Of a stretch of DNA of 64,000 nt, positions 38,858 through 47,686 are shown one piece after another. The DNA is from Gemmatimonadales bacterium (GTDB lineage Bacteria; Gemmatimonadota; Gemmatimonadetes; Gemmatimonadales; GWC2-71-9), in assembly GCA_041577295.1 (NCBI GenBank), contig JBFGJG010000004.1, forward strand, positions 71,816-135,815. The letters are read 5' to 3'. Numbering within the stretch: position 1 is the stretch's first letter; each line of letters starts with the position of its first letter. The notes beneath the pieces are model-generated. The model searched no databases, was not told the DNA's origin, and worked only from the letters and a program-made list of their open reading frames with translations. A program made the translations under genes and the position numbers.

Positions 38858-39544
38858 GTGACCGCCAACGAGTCCATTCGCGAGGAGCACATCGAAGTCA
38901 CCCGCACCGCACGCTATGCGTTGCTAGGTCCGAGTGACCGTGCTGCTCAGGAGGTGTGGTTTGTGTTGCACGGCTATGGCCAGTTGGCCACCCGTTTTCT
39001 GCGCGGCTTCGGCGTGCTCGACGATGGCACTCGGCTCCTGGTCGCCCCCGAAGGGCTCTCGCGGTTCTACGTGGACGCGGACCATGTCCGAGGGGCCAGA
39101 ACGACGAGGGTCGGAGCAAGCTGGATGACCAGGGAGGATCGCGTTGTCGAGATCGCAGACTATCTGCGGTACCTGGACGCGGTCGCCCGCAGGGCGCTCG
39201 CTGGCCGATCGAGCGATGCTCCGACAATCACGGTTTTGGGATTCTCCCAGGGTGTGGCGACGGCGACACGGTGGGTGGCACAAGGCGCTCTCGAGGCGGA
39301 CCGGCTCATTCTGTGGGCCGGCGGGGTCCCCCCGGACCTAGATCTCGATGTGGTGGGGGAAACGCTGCGGCGCTGCCAGTTGACGCTCGTCTTGGGCAGC
39401 CAAGATGAGCTCATCCCCCCGGGCGCGCTCGCCGAGGAAGAAGAGCGGCTGAGGCGGCACAAAATTCCGTTCACCACCCGGCGATTTGAGGGGGGGCACC
39501 ATCTGGACTCAGAGCTGTTACAGGCGCTCGCCGTCGGTGCCTGA
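38858..39544 (+). CDS. Phospholipase/carboxylesterase (alpha/beta hydrolase)
   Basis: LHGYGQ, PEGLSRFY, GFSQG nucleophile, GSQD, FEGGH. Confidence 0.88.
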   Translation: MTANESIREEHIEVTRTARYALLGPSDRAAQEVWFVLHGYGQLATRFLRGFGVLDDGTRLLVAPEGLSRFYVDADHVRGARTTRVGASWMTREDRVVEIADYLRYLDAVARRALAGRSSDAPTITVLGFSQGVATATRWVAQGALEADRLILWAGGVPPDLDLDVVGETLRRCQLTLVLGSQDELIPPGALAEEEERLRRHKIPFTTRRFEGGHHLDSELLQALAVGA

Positions 39545-39660
39545 CGCCCTTCGAAGGGTGGAACGGGCTTTGCGGTAAGAGGAATTAACGGGAGAGAATG
39601 CGGCCCGTGTGCGTGGGTGCAAGCGGTGTTATATTGAGATCACACGCCCGGAGTAGATGT

Positions 39661-40410
39661 ATGGTCAGGATCGCTCCGGCCGCGCTGGCGTTGTTCCTCG
39701 GGCCCTCCGTGGTTGGCGCGGCCCAGCAGACGACCTTTGTCGGCACCGTCACCGACTCCCTCACCAGGATGCCGATGCCGGGCGTCTCCGTTGTGCTCGT
39801 CGAACGCCAAATCGAAACCTCCACCAACACCGAAGGATTTTTCCATCTCGATGGCATCGAGCCTGGCTTGAATACCGTGCTCGTTCGTCATCCCGGGTAC
39901 GAGCCGTGGGCTATCAGGCTCCGGGTGCGGGTTCTCCAAGAAGTCGACGTGGATATCGGTCCGGTCATTCTGACGCCCGTAAATGTTGCCTTCCTCGACC
40001 CCGTCTTCGTGGAAGGCGAGATCGACGACTCGTGGCTTCATGGGTTCAATCACCGGATGCGCACGGAGAAGGGGACCTTCATTACGGCAGAGGACATCGA
40101 TCGATTGCAACCTCGCAGGACCTCCGACCTGCTTCGGACCGTGTACGGTTTCAAGACGGATCGAACCGGGGACGTGGCGAGCGTGCGTGGTGTTTTTTCG
40201 TTGCTCGACCCTTCCGCCTGCGCGGTCGATTACTACATCAACGGGATTCACTCAGGGATGAACAGTCTCGATCACATCATCCCGACGGCGATCGCGGGCA
40301 TGGAGATCTACCGGGGCCCCTCCACAACGCCTATGATCTTCCAAGGCACCGGCAACAATCGGTGCGGTGTGATCGCCATCTGGACCAAGCACGGCGTCCC
40401 CAATCCGTAA
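39661..40410 (+). CDS. Carboxypeptidase-regulatory-like domain + TonB plug-like domain protein (no barrel)
   Basis: GTVTDSLTRMPMPGVSV, GTFITAEDI..., IAGMEIYRG, CGVIAIWTK. Confidence 0.8.
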   Translation: MVRIAPAALALFLGPSVVGAAQQTTFVGTVTDSLTRMPMPGVSVVLVERQIETSTNTEGFFHLDGIEPGLNTVLVRHPGYEPWAIRLRVRVLQEVDVDIGPVILTPVNVAFLDPVFVEGEIDDSWLHGFNHRMRTEKGTFITAEDIDRLQPRRTSDLLRTVYGFKTDRTGDVASVRGVFSLLDPSACAVDYYINGIHSGMNSLDHIIPTAIAGMEIYRGPSTTPMIFQGTGNNRCGVIAIWTKHGVPNP

Positions 40411-40572
40411 CGACGTTGGGGTAGATTTTTCTTCCCGAGTTCCATAGCCTCTTCCCGTCAATCCGTTGTGCTGGTCCCAGCGAGGAGTGCTGAGCGCGAC
40501 GCCAATCGGCGCGGATCTTGCTTGCTCAGCGAGCACTCGGATTTATCGGTTCACTGAGGGGTGAGAGCTCGA

Positions 40573-41748
40573 ATGATCCGCAATCGACGGCGGTACTTAC
40601 CGCTCGCCGCAGGGGCCATGCTGTTCCTGGGCTGTGTCGCTGGCCATGCGAAGGATTCCCAACCCACTCTGGAGACGCTGGCTACCGGTCTCGTCCTCCC
40701 GTGGGATCTAGAGTTCCTGCCGGACGGGCGCATTCTCGTGGTGGAGAAGCCAGGCCGCATCCGCGTGATCGACTATGGCGAGCTTCGCGCCGAGCCTTGG
40801 GCGACGCTCGACGTCATGCAGCGGCAGGCGGCTGGGTTGATGGGGATCGCCGTGGGGCCTGATTTCGCAGAGAACCGACAGGTGTTCGTCGTGGGCACGT
40901 TCGCGAGGGGCGACAGCCTCGTGAACCGAGTAGTGCGCCTGACCGATCGGGACGGCAAGGGTGTCGACCCGCAGGTCATAGTCGATGACATCCCCTCGGG
41001 CATCACCCACGCCGGTGCGCAATTGGCATTCGGTCCCGACGGCATGCTGTACGTGACGAGTGGGGAGATCACTACACCGTCGATGGCGCAGGATATGAAC
41101 ACCACCGGATCAAAAGTGCTGCGCTACCGACCGGACGGGAGTATCCCGGATGACAATCCGTTTCCCGGCTCTCCCATTTATGCGCTTGGCGTCCGGAACC
41201 CGCAGGGGCTCGCTTGGCATCCTGAGACTGGCGATCTCTTCGCCACCGAGCACGGTCCAAGTGGCTTCCAGTACGAGAACGAATGGCGTGACGAGGACGA
41301 GCTGAACGTCCTGCGTGCTGGGCAGAACTACGGATGGCCGCTGGTTTCCGGGCTCAAGTCAGGGCTCACCAACGACCCGAGATTCGAGCCGCCATTGCGG
41401 GAGTGGACACCAGCGATTGCCCCATCAGGCCTGGCGATCTACACCGGTTCCTGGGCTCCGTGGTACGGAAACGCGTTCGTCGGGTGCCTACGCGGCCAGC
41501 AGCTACGACGCATCGTACTCCAACGGGATGGAAAATCACGCTCTGGATGGAGGATCGAAAAGGAGGAGGTGTTATACGAACGGCAGCTCGGCAGAATCCG
41601 GGCGGTCGTGATGGGTCCCGACGGCTATCTCTACATCACCACCAACAACCGCACCGGACGGAACGACCCCCCCTTCGCAGATGACGATCGCGTACTCCGC
41701 GTTGATCCATCCCCGCCTACCGCGGCGGTCGAAGTGGCCTTTCACTAG
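40573..41748 (+). CDS. PQQ-dependent soluble sugar dehydrogenase (YliI/Asd-like), lipoprotein
   Basis: GLVLPWDLEFLPDG, FGPDGMLYV, GVRNPQG, EHGP, NYGWP, IAPSG, GRIRAV..GPDG. Confidence 0.9.
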   Translation: MIRNRRRYLPLAAGAMLFLGCVAGHAKDSQPTLETLATGLVLPWDLEFLPDGRILVVEKPGRIRVIDYGELRAEPWATLDVMQRQAAGLMGIAVGPDFAENRQVFVVGTFARGDSLVNRVVRLTDRDGKGVDPQVIVDDIPSGITHAGAQLAFGPDGMLYVTSGEITTPSMAQDMNTTGSKVLRYRPDGSIPDDNPFPGSPIYALGVRNPQGLAWHPETGDLFATEHGPSGFQYENEWRDEDELNVLRAGQNYGWPLVSGLKSGLTNDPRFEPPLREWTPAIAPSGLAIYTGSWAPWYGNAFVGCLRGQQLRRIVLQRDGKSRSGWRIEKEEVLYERQLGRIRAVVMGPDGYLYITTNNRTGRNDPPFADDDRVLRVDPSPPTAAVEVAFH

Positions 41749-41778
41749 CTCGGATATCCAAGGCTATGTAACCGCTCC

Positions 41779-41808
41779 CCGTGACGCCGCGCGCGCCACG
41801 GTTTTTTT
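41779..41808 (+). terminator. Intrinsic terminator
   Basis: CCGTG-a-CGC-cgcgc-GCG-c-CACGG hairpin followed by T7, between convergent genes. Confidence 0.7.
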
Positions 41809-41824
41809 GCATCCGTGGTAGGGG

Positions 41825-43432
41825 CTAGCGAGTCGTATCGCTCGCGGTGAGCCCGGAACGCACCGAACGCGGAAGGATGCGCCAGGCGTAGCGAATGGGC
41901 ACGCCGCGTTGGGTTCGAAACGGATCCCCCGGCGTGGGCGATCGTACGAACGCGTAATGCACGGCAATGACGCCGAGCTGCGCGTCGATCAGTGGTCCTC
42001 CACTTCCACCAACCGTGGTGGTGGCACTGTGGATGACTTCGGTGCTCGTTGTATCGCTGACACTGCCGTTTTGAATGAGGGGTTGAATCAACCGGCGCCG
42101 TGCCAATTCTTCGATCAAGCGCCGCTGATCGTTGCCCACCTGGGCGAGGATCGCACCCCGGTCGGCGGAGTTGACTCGGAAGAGCAGGTTGAAGGGCCCC
42201 GTGGGGTATCCGATGAAGACGAGCGGGTCCCCGGGGCGGGCGGTCGCCGTCGGAGGGGCCAGCGGCACGATCGGGGCGCGCGGCACCGTACCCAGAATCC
42301 GTAATAGGGCTACATCGGCCTCGTCGGACACCGCCTCGACCACCACGGGGGCTGATCGATCACCCGGCGGGAAGAAGACTCGGAGGTCGAGAATGCGGCC
42401 GGTGACCTCGAACCCGGCGGAGCGGATCTGATCCAGATCGGGATCCTGTTCCCAGGGGCGGGCCACGTGGCGATTGGTGAGCATCCAACCTGTGGAGTCA
42501 ATGAGAAACCCAGTGGCCGTTCCCTGATGCTGGACCGCCGGCCCCCGACCACCGAGGGTGACGGCGGGTATCGGCTCGCCGCGGGGCCCTGGCCGGGTGA
42601 CCGCGTCACCGCGAGCGTTGATCGCGTAACGCAGTAACTGGTCGCCCTGTCCGTACCCGTAGGAGAACACGATCAGCGCCACGCCTTGCGCGACGGAGCG
42701 GATCGCGTTGAGGTCGAGACGCGGGTCGCGCGCGACGCTTCGCTGTGCCCGATCGACCGCCACGGCGAGCGAGTCGTACCGCGCCCCGACCGACGCGAGC
42801 GTCTCCTCGAGCACAGAGCGGGATTCCCGCTCTGTGGCTAACGCGATCGACAGATCCGCCAGGGAGCGCTCGAGACGTTCCCGGCTTCGTTGTTGCCACA
42901 TGACTACCGCGACGATCGCAATCACGACCATTGCGGCCAGCACGACAAGCTCACGACCACGACGCACCGAGCGCCGGTAGGTCATGGTGGCCAACTCCCT
43001 CGTCGTCGCAATGTCGAGTTCGGGATCCGCCGCCGTGCTCGGCTCGGTGACGCGTCGCTTGGTGAGCTCGATGAGCTCGAAGGCGCGGCGCATCTCTTCT
43101 GGATCCAGGGTTTGCGTCGTCTGGTGCTCGGTCGCGATCGTGAAGCGTGCCGCGGGCCCGCCCGCCCCGAGCTGCACGAGGTCGCCATGCTGGAGGCGGT
43201 GCTCGCTGACGCGCTGCGCGTTGACGAAGGTGCCATTGCGGCTGCCGTCGTCACGCAACACGTAACTTCCGTGCTCGAACTGAATCGTGGCGTGGTGGGC
43301 CGAGACGAGCACTTCGTTCGCCGCGAACACAACGGTCCGGTCCCCGCCCCGGCCGAGGGTGGCGGTTTGATTGCCGAGATCCACGGCGGTCCCCGCCTTG
43401 CTACCGGTTATGAAGATGAGTTGCGCCACCAT
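41825..43432 (-). CDS. FHA domain + TM + coiled coil + trypsin-like serine protease
   Basis: FHA GR...VSAHHA...D.GSRNGTFVN. Protease triad motifs TNRHV, DVALL, GGSGGP. Confidence 0.85.
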   Translation of the reverse strand: MVAQLIFITGSKAGTAVDLGNQTATLGRGGDRTVVFAANEVLVSAHHATIQFEHGSYVLRDDGSRNGTFVNAQRVSEHRLQHGDLVQLGAGGPAARFTIATEHQTTQTLDPEEMRRAFELIELTKRRVTEPSTAADPELDIATTRELATMTYRRSVRRGRELVVLAAMVVIAIVAVVMWQQRSRERLERSLADLSIALATERESRSVLEETLASVGARYDSLAVAVDRAQRSVARDPRLDLNAIRSVAQGVALIVFSYGYGQGDQLLRYAINARGDAVTRPGPRGEPIPAVTLGGRGPAVQHQGTATGFLIDSTGWMLTNRHVARPWEQDPDLDQIRSAGFEVTGRILDLRVFFPPGDRSAPVVVEAVSDEADVALLRILGTVPRAPIVPLAPPTATARPGDPLVFIGYPTGPFNLLFRVNSADRGAILAQVGNDQRRLIEELARRRLIQPLIQNGSVSDTTSTEVIHSATTTVGGSGGPLIDAQLGVIAVHYAFVRSPTPGDPFRTQRGVPIRYAWRILPRSVRSGLTASDTTR

Positions 43433-43598
43433 GAGCTACTCGGAACGGATCGGGTCGCTGCCTGCCCGCGGCGGGCAGGGCGGACCATGAAGATATCTCC
43501 TGACAGAACGTTTACAATTAAGAAGTTATCATCAGGAACCAATGAAGACGGCGTCCGGTACTGACCTGTGGCTGATGCGGAGTGTGAGACGCGTGCGA

Positions 43599-44390
43599 AT
43601 GCCGAGATCTCTCGGTGTGATCATGCTCGGCGGCGTGCTCGTTTGGTCCGCGCCAGGCTCACGCGGGCACGCAGGGCACGAAGTGTCATCGGTGCCAGAA
43701 ACCACCGGTGCGCAGTTTGAGCAGCCTCCACCGGGACGAGAGTTCTACTTCACGCGGGCGGTTTATAGCGATTTTGGTGGGCGCCGGATGGGTGCGTGGA
43801 GCACCGACTTTCCGAAGGCGGACCGCCAGTTTTTGATCGGTCTCAAGCACCTTACCAATATCGACGCATACGAAGCCGAGAACCCCGTTCGGCTCGACGA
43901 TCCGAAGCTCAAGCGCTACCCGTTTCTCTATGCGCTCGAGGTGGGGTACATGTCGCTTACTGACGCCGAAGTCCGAGGGCTGCGTGAGTATCTGCTCGCG
44001 GGGGGCTTTCTCGTTGTCGACGACTTCTGGGGTTCGCTGGAGTGGAGCAACTTCGAGACGCAGATTGAGCGAGTCTTTCCCGAGTACCCCATCGTGGACA
44101 TCGGGCTGGACCATCCACTCCTCAGTACGTTTTATGTCGTGCGCGATCTGTTGCAGGTGCCCAACGTGTGGCTCGGCCGGTCCGGCGGGAGGACGTGGGA
44201 GCGGGATGGCTACACGCCAGCCATGCGTGGCATCTTCGATGAACGTGGACGGCTCATGGTGGTAATTAATTGGAACACGGATCTGGGGGACGCGTGGGAG
44301 TGGGCTGAAGATCCGTGGTATCCAATCAAGTTTTCAAACTTTGCGTATCAGATGGGCGTCAACATGATCTTGTACGGAATGAGCCACTGA
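43599..44390 (+). CDS. DUF4159 domain protein (exported)
   Basis: W.TDFPKAD, YPFLY, LREYLLAGGFLVVDDFWG, NTDLGDAWE, MGVN..LY. Start uncertain (43542-43599). Confidence 0.8.
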   Translation: MPRSLGVIMLGGVLVWSAPGSRGHAGHEVSSVPETTGAQFEQPPPGREFYFTRAVYSDFGGRRMGAWSTDFPKADRQFLIGLKHLTNIDAYEAENPVRLDDPKLKRYPFLYALEVGYMSLTDAEVRGLREYLLAGGFLVVDDFWGSLEWSNFETQIERVFPEYPIVDIGLDHPLLSTFYVVRDLLQVPNVWLGRSGGRTWERDGYTPAMRGIFDERGRLMVVINWNTDLGDAWEWAEDPWYPIKFSNFAYQMGVNMILYGMSH

Positions 44391-46676
44391 ATGAACGCGG
44401 TCCTCGAGTCGATCTTCGCGTTCCTGTTTAAGTACCGCATGGTCGTCTTCGAAAAGGGGGACCTGACAGTCGGGTCTCCGTGGCCGGTCGCGATAGTGGC
44501 GGTCGGGGTGGCGGCCGCCACGATGCTCGTGCTCGCCTACTTGCGACTCCCAGCAACGCTTCGGCGGCGGGATCGGGTGGTGCTCACGGTGCTACGCCTC
44601 GGAGTGGTGGGTGTATTGCTCATCGTCTTGCTCAGGCCGATGCTCGTGGTAGCCACCGTGGTACCGCAGGAAAACTTCCTCGCGATTCTCGTCGACGATT
44701 CGCGCAGCATGCGGATTGCGGATCTCGACGGCAGGAAGCGGGGAGATGTGTCGCAAGAGCTGCTTAGTCCGGGGGAGCGGGGGCTCGTGGACCGGCTCGC
44801 CGAACGATTCAAGCTGCGGTTCTTCGCATTCGCAGGGAGCACGGAGCGCGTCGACGGAATCGAACAACTTCAGTTCACGGGCTCGGCAACGCACCTCGCG
44901 CAGGCACTCGAGCGGGTTCGTCGCGAACTGGACCCAGTCCCACTCGCCGGGGTCGTACTCCTCAGCGATGGCGCCGACAACTCCGAAACGGCGGTGACCG
45001 AGACCCTGCTCCGTCTCAAGGCGGAAGGTCTGCCAGTGTACGCCGTCGGTTTGGGCCGCGAGCGGTTCCCCAAAGACATCGCGCTGGGTCGGGTCGAGAC
45101 GCCGCGCACGGTCTTGGAGGGGTCCAGTCTCGTGGTTGAGCTCCACATTGCGAACACAGGGTTTGGCGGGGTACGGGTGCCTGTTCAAGTGGAATCCGAG
45201 GGCCGGATCGTCAGCTCGCAGGAGATCGAGCTTCCCCGGAGCGGACAGATCGCGACCATTCCCATCCAGTTCCCCGCGAGTGAACCTGGGCCTCGTGTTT
45301 TTCGCTTCCACGTTCCCCCGCAGCTCGGTGAGCTGGTCGCTGAGAACAACACCCGAGAGGCCCTGATCGTGGTGCGTAGGGAACGGCAAAAGATCCTTTA
45401 CTTCGAAGGTGAGCCGCGGTTTGAGCTCAAGTTCGTGCGGCGGGCAGTTGCCGACGACCCCAACCTCCAGGTCGTTGCGCTGCTTCGCACGGCGGAGAAC
45501 AAATTCTGGCGGGGAGACGTGGACGATGCCGAGGAGTTGGCCGCGGGATTCCCAAAGACACGCGAGGAGCTGTTTGCCTACCGGGGGCTGATTATCGGGA
45601 GCGTCGAAGCGAGCTTTTTCACGCCGGATCAGCTTCGCATGATTTCCGAGTTTGTGAGCCAGCGCGGGGGAGGCCTCCTCATGTTGGGTGGACGAAAAGC
45701 GTTCACCGAAGGTGGGTACGCCGGCACCGCGATCGCCGATGTGCTGCCCGTGCTCCTCGACGGCTCGATGGGTGAGGGGGAATCCCCGGTCGTCGAGGTC
45801 CGGATCCAGCCGACCCCGGTCGGTTCATCCCACCCCGCGACACAAGTCGCTTCGTCGATCGACGAGAGCACGGCGCGGTGGACAGAGCTGCCCGCGCTCA
45901 CGACGGTGAACGTCGTGCGGAGCGTCAAGCCCGGCGCGACGACGTTGCTGACCGGTGCGGCAGAGGGTGGTGACCAGTTCATCGTGCTCGCCTCGCAGCG
46001 CTATGGACGTGGAAAAGCCTTGGCCTTCCCAGTGCAGGACTCGTGGCTCTGGCAAATGGACATGCCACTGGATGACACGACGCACGAGACCTTCTGGCAA
46101 CAATTGCTGCGATGGTTGGTAAGCGGCGTTCCAGATCCGGTGGACGTCGTGGCCGCACGAGATCGCGCGGCGGTTGGAAGTGCAGTCCCGGTCACCGCGG
46201 TCGTGGCCGACTCTGCCTATCTCGAGGTCAACGGCGCCGAGGTGACCGCTACGATCACCACACCTGCCGGTACCGAGGTGACCAACCGCATGGAATGGAA
46301 TGTCGAGACTGATGGCACATATCAGATGTCACTCGGCGTGAAGGAGCGCGGACTCTACAAGATGCGGGTCGAGGCGAGACGCGGGCCCACGCTCCTCGGT
46401 GAGAACCACGGCTATGTGCACGCTGCCGAACCGGTGGATGAGTTCTTCGATGCGGAACTCCATCCGGACCTGCTGCAGCGTCTGGCGACCGAAACGGGGG
46501 GCCGCTACTACACGCCCTCGACCGTGAGCGGACTCCCTGAGGACGTCCAGTACACCGAGAGTGGAACCACGGTACGTGAGGAAATGGATCTTTGGGACAT
46601 GCCAATCATCTTCCTCATGCTGGTCGTTCTCGTAGGCACCGAATGGGGATACCGCCGCTTCCAGGGGCTGGTGTGA
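44391..46676 (+). CDS. Membrane protein with vWA-like and glutamine-amidotransferase-like domains
   Basis: N-terminal TMs, DDSRSM MIDAS, LLSDG, EGEPRFE.KF, GGGLLMLGG, FWQQLLRWL, C-terminal TM with EW..RR..GL. Confidence 0.75.
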   Translation: MNAVLESIFAFLFKYRMVVFEKGDLTVGSPWPVAIVAVGVAAATMLVLAYLRLPATLRRRDRVVLTVLRLGVVGVLLIVLLRPMLVVATVVPQENFLAILVDDSRSMRIADLDGRKRGDVSQELLSPGERGLVDRLAERFKLRFFAFAGSTERVDGIEQLQFTGSATHLAQALERVRRELDPVPLAGVVLLSDGADNSETAVTETLLRLKAEGLPVYAVGLGRERFPKDIALGRVETPRTVLEGSSLVVELHIANTGFGGVRVPVQVESEGRIVSSQEIELPRSGQIATIPIQFPASEPGPRVFRFHVPPQLGELVAENNTREALIVVRRERQKILYFEGEPRFELKFVRRAVADDPNLQVVALLRTAENKFWRGDVDDAEELAAGFPKTREELFAYRGLIIGSVEASFFTPDQLRMISEFVSQRGGGLLMLGGRKAFTEGGYAGTAIADVLPVLLDGSMGEGESPVVEVRIQPTPVGSSHPATQVASSIDESTARWTELPALTTVNVVRSVKPGATTLLTGAAEGGDQFIVLASQRYGRGKALAFPVQDSWLWQMDMPLDDTTHETFWQQLLRWLVSGVPDPVDVVAARDRAAVGSAVPVTAVVADSAYLEVNGAEVTATITTPAGTEVTNRMEWNVETDGTYQMSLGVKERGLYKMRVEARRGPTLLGENHGYVHAAEPVDEFFDAELHPDLLQRLATETGGRYYTPSTVSGLPEDVQYTESGTTVREEMDLWDMPIIFLMLVVLVGTEWGYRRFQGLV

Positions 46677-47686
46677 CGGTGTCGCGGCTGGGTTGGATCG
46701 TACTGCTGCTGCTGACCGCGGTGCCCACGATTGCCTTGGGGCAAACGCACCTCGTGATCGTCAGTGGTCTTTCGGGTGACATGGCGTATGGCAAGCGCCT
46801 TCACGATTGGAGCATCACACTCGCGAACGCTGCGCGCGAGCGTATGGGTTTGCCTGACTCTCAGGTGGTGATCCTGACGGATGCTCCGGAGCGCGACCCC
46901 GCGCGCATCAAGGCGCGTTCATCGAAGGAACAGGTCGAAGGGGTGCTCGACGACCTGGCCGCGACGGCTGCGGCGGACGCACGCATCATCATCGTGTTGC
47001 TCGGACACGGGAGCTATCGGCAGGAGACGTCACGTTTCAACCTTGCGGGTCCGGATATGACCGCGGACGATTTTGCCCGTCTGCTCGATGCGTTTGCGAC
47101 GCAACACATCGTGTTTGTGAATACGACGAGCGCTAGCGGAGAGTTCATCGAGAAGCTGTCGGGGCCGCGTCGTGTCATCATCACAGCCACCAAATCGGGG
47201 TTCGAACGAAATCAAACCTTGTTCGGCAAGTACTTTGTCGAGGCGTTCGAGGGCGATCGAGCAGACCTGGACAAGGACGAACGAGTATCCGCTTTGGAAG
47301 CGTTTCAATATGCCCGGCAGGCGGTGGCCCGCGCATACGAGCAGGAGAACCGACTGCTGAGCGAGCACGCACAGCTAGACGACAACGGGGACGGAGTGGG
47401 CACGGCCGAGCCCGGCGGGGACGTCGCGGACGGTGCGGTGGCCATGGCGGTCTTCTTTGGTCAGGGGGCCTCCGCACCCACGAGTACCACCGCAAACGGC
47501 GATCCCAGGCTCGTCGGGCTCTACGCGGAACGCGAGGCACTGGAGACTCGACTGGCGGCGCTTCGCGGCGAAAAGGCGCGTCTCGATCCGGCCGTGTACG
47601 AGAACCGACTGGAAGATCTGCTCCTGGCTATTGCACAGCTCTCCACGCGCATACGCGCCATCGAGAGCGGGGAGCCCGAGCCATGA
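46673..47686 (+). CDS. Exported caspase/legumain(C13/C14)-like fold protein
   Basis: Signal peptide, LLGHGS, NTTSASG, IITAT...E, ADLDKDERVSALEAFQY. GTG start overlaps the upstream TGA. Confidence 0.6.
   Translation: MTVSRLGWIVLLLLTAVPTIALGQTHLVIVSGLSGDMAYGKRLHDWSITLANAARERMGLPDSQVVILTDAPERDPARIKARSSKEQVEGVLDDLAATAAADARIIIVLLGHGSYRQETSRFNLAGPDMTADDFARLLDAFATQHIVFVNTTSASGEFIEKLSGPRRVIITATKSGFERNQTLFGKYFVEAFEGDRADLDKDERVSALEAFQYARQAVARAYEQENRLLSEHAQLDDNGDGVGTAEPGGDVADGAVAMAVFFGQGASAPTSTTANGDPRLVGLYAEREALETRLAALRGEKARLDPAVYENRLEDLLLAIAQLSTRIRAIESGEPEP

Noticed and set aside
39547..39558. Palindrome CCCTTCGAAGGG after the esterase stop
   Set aside because: The stem is short and has no adjacent U-tract, so it is too weak to call a terminator.
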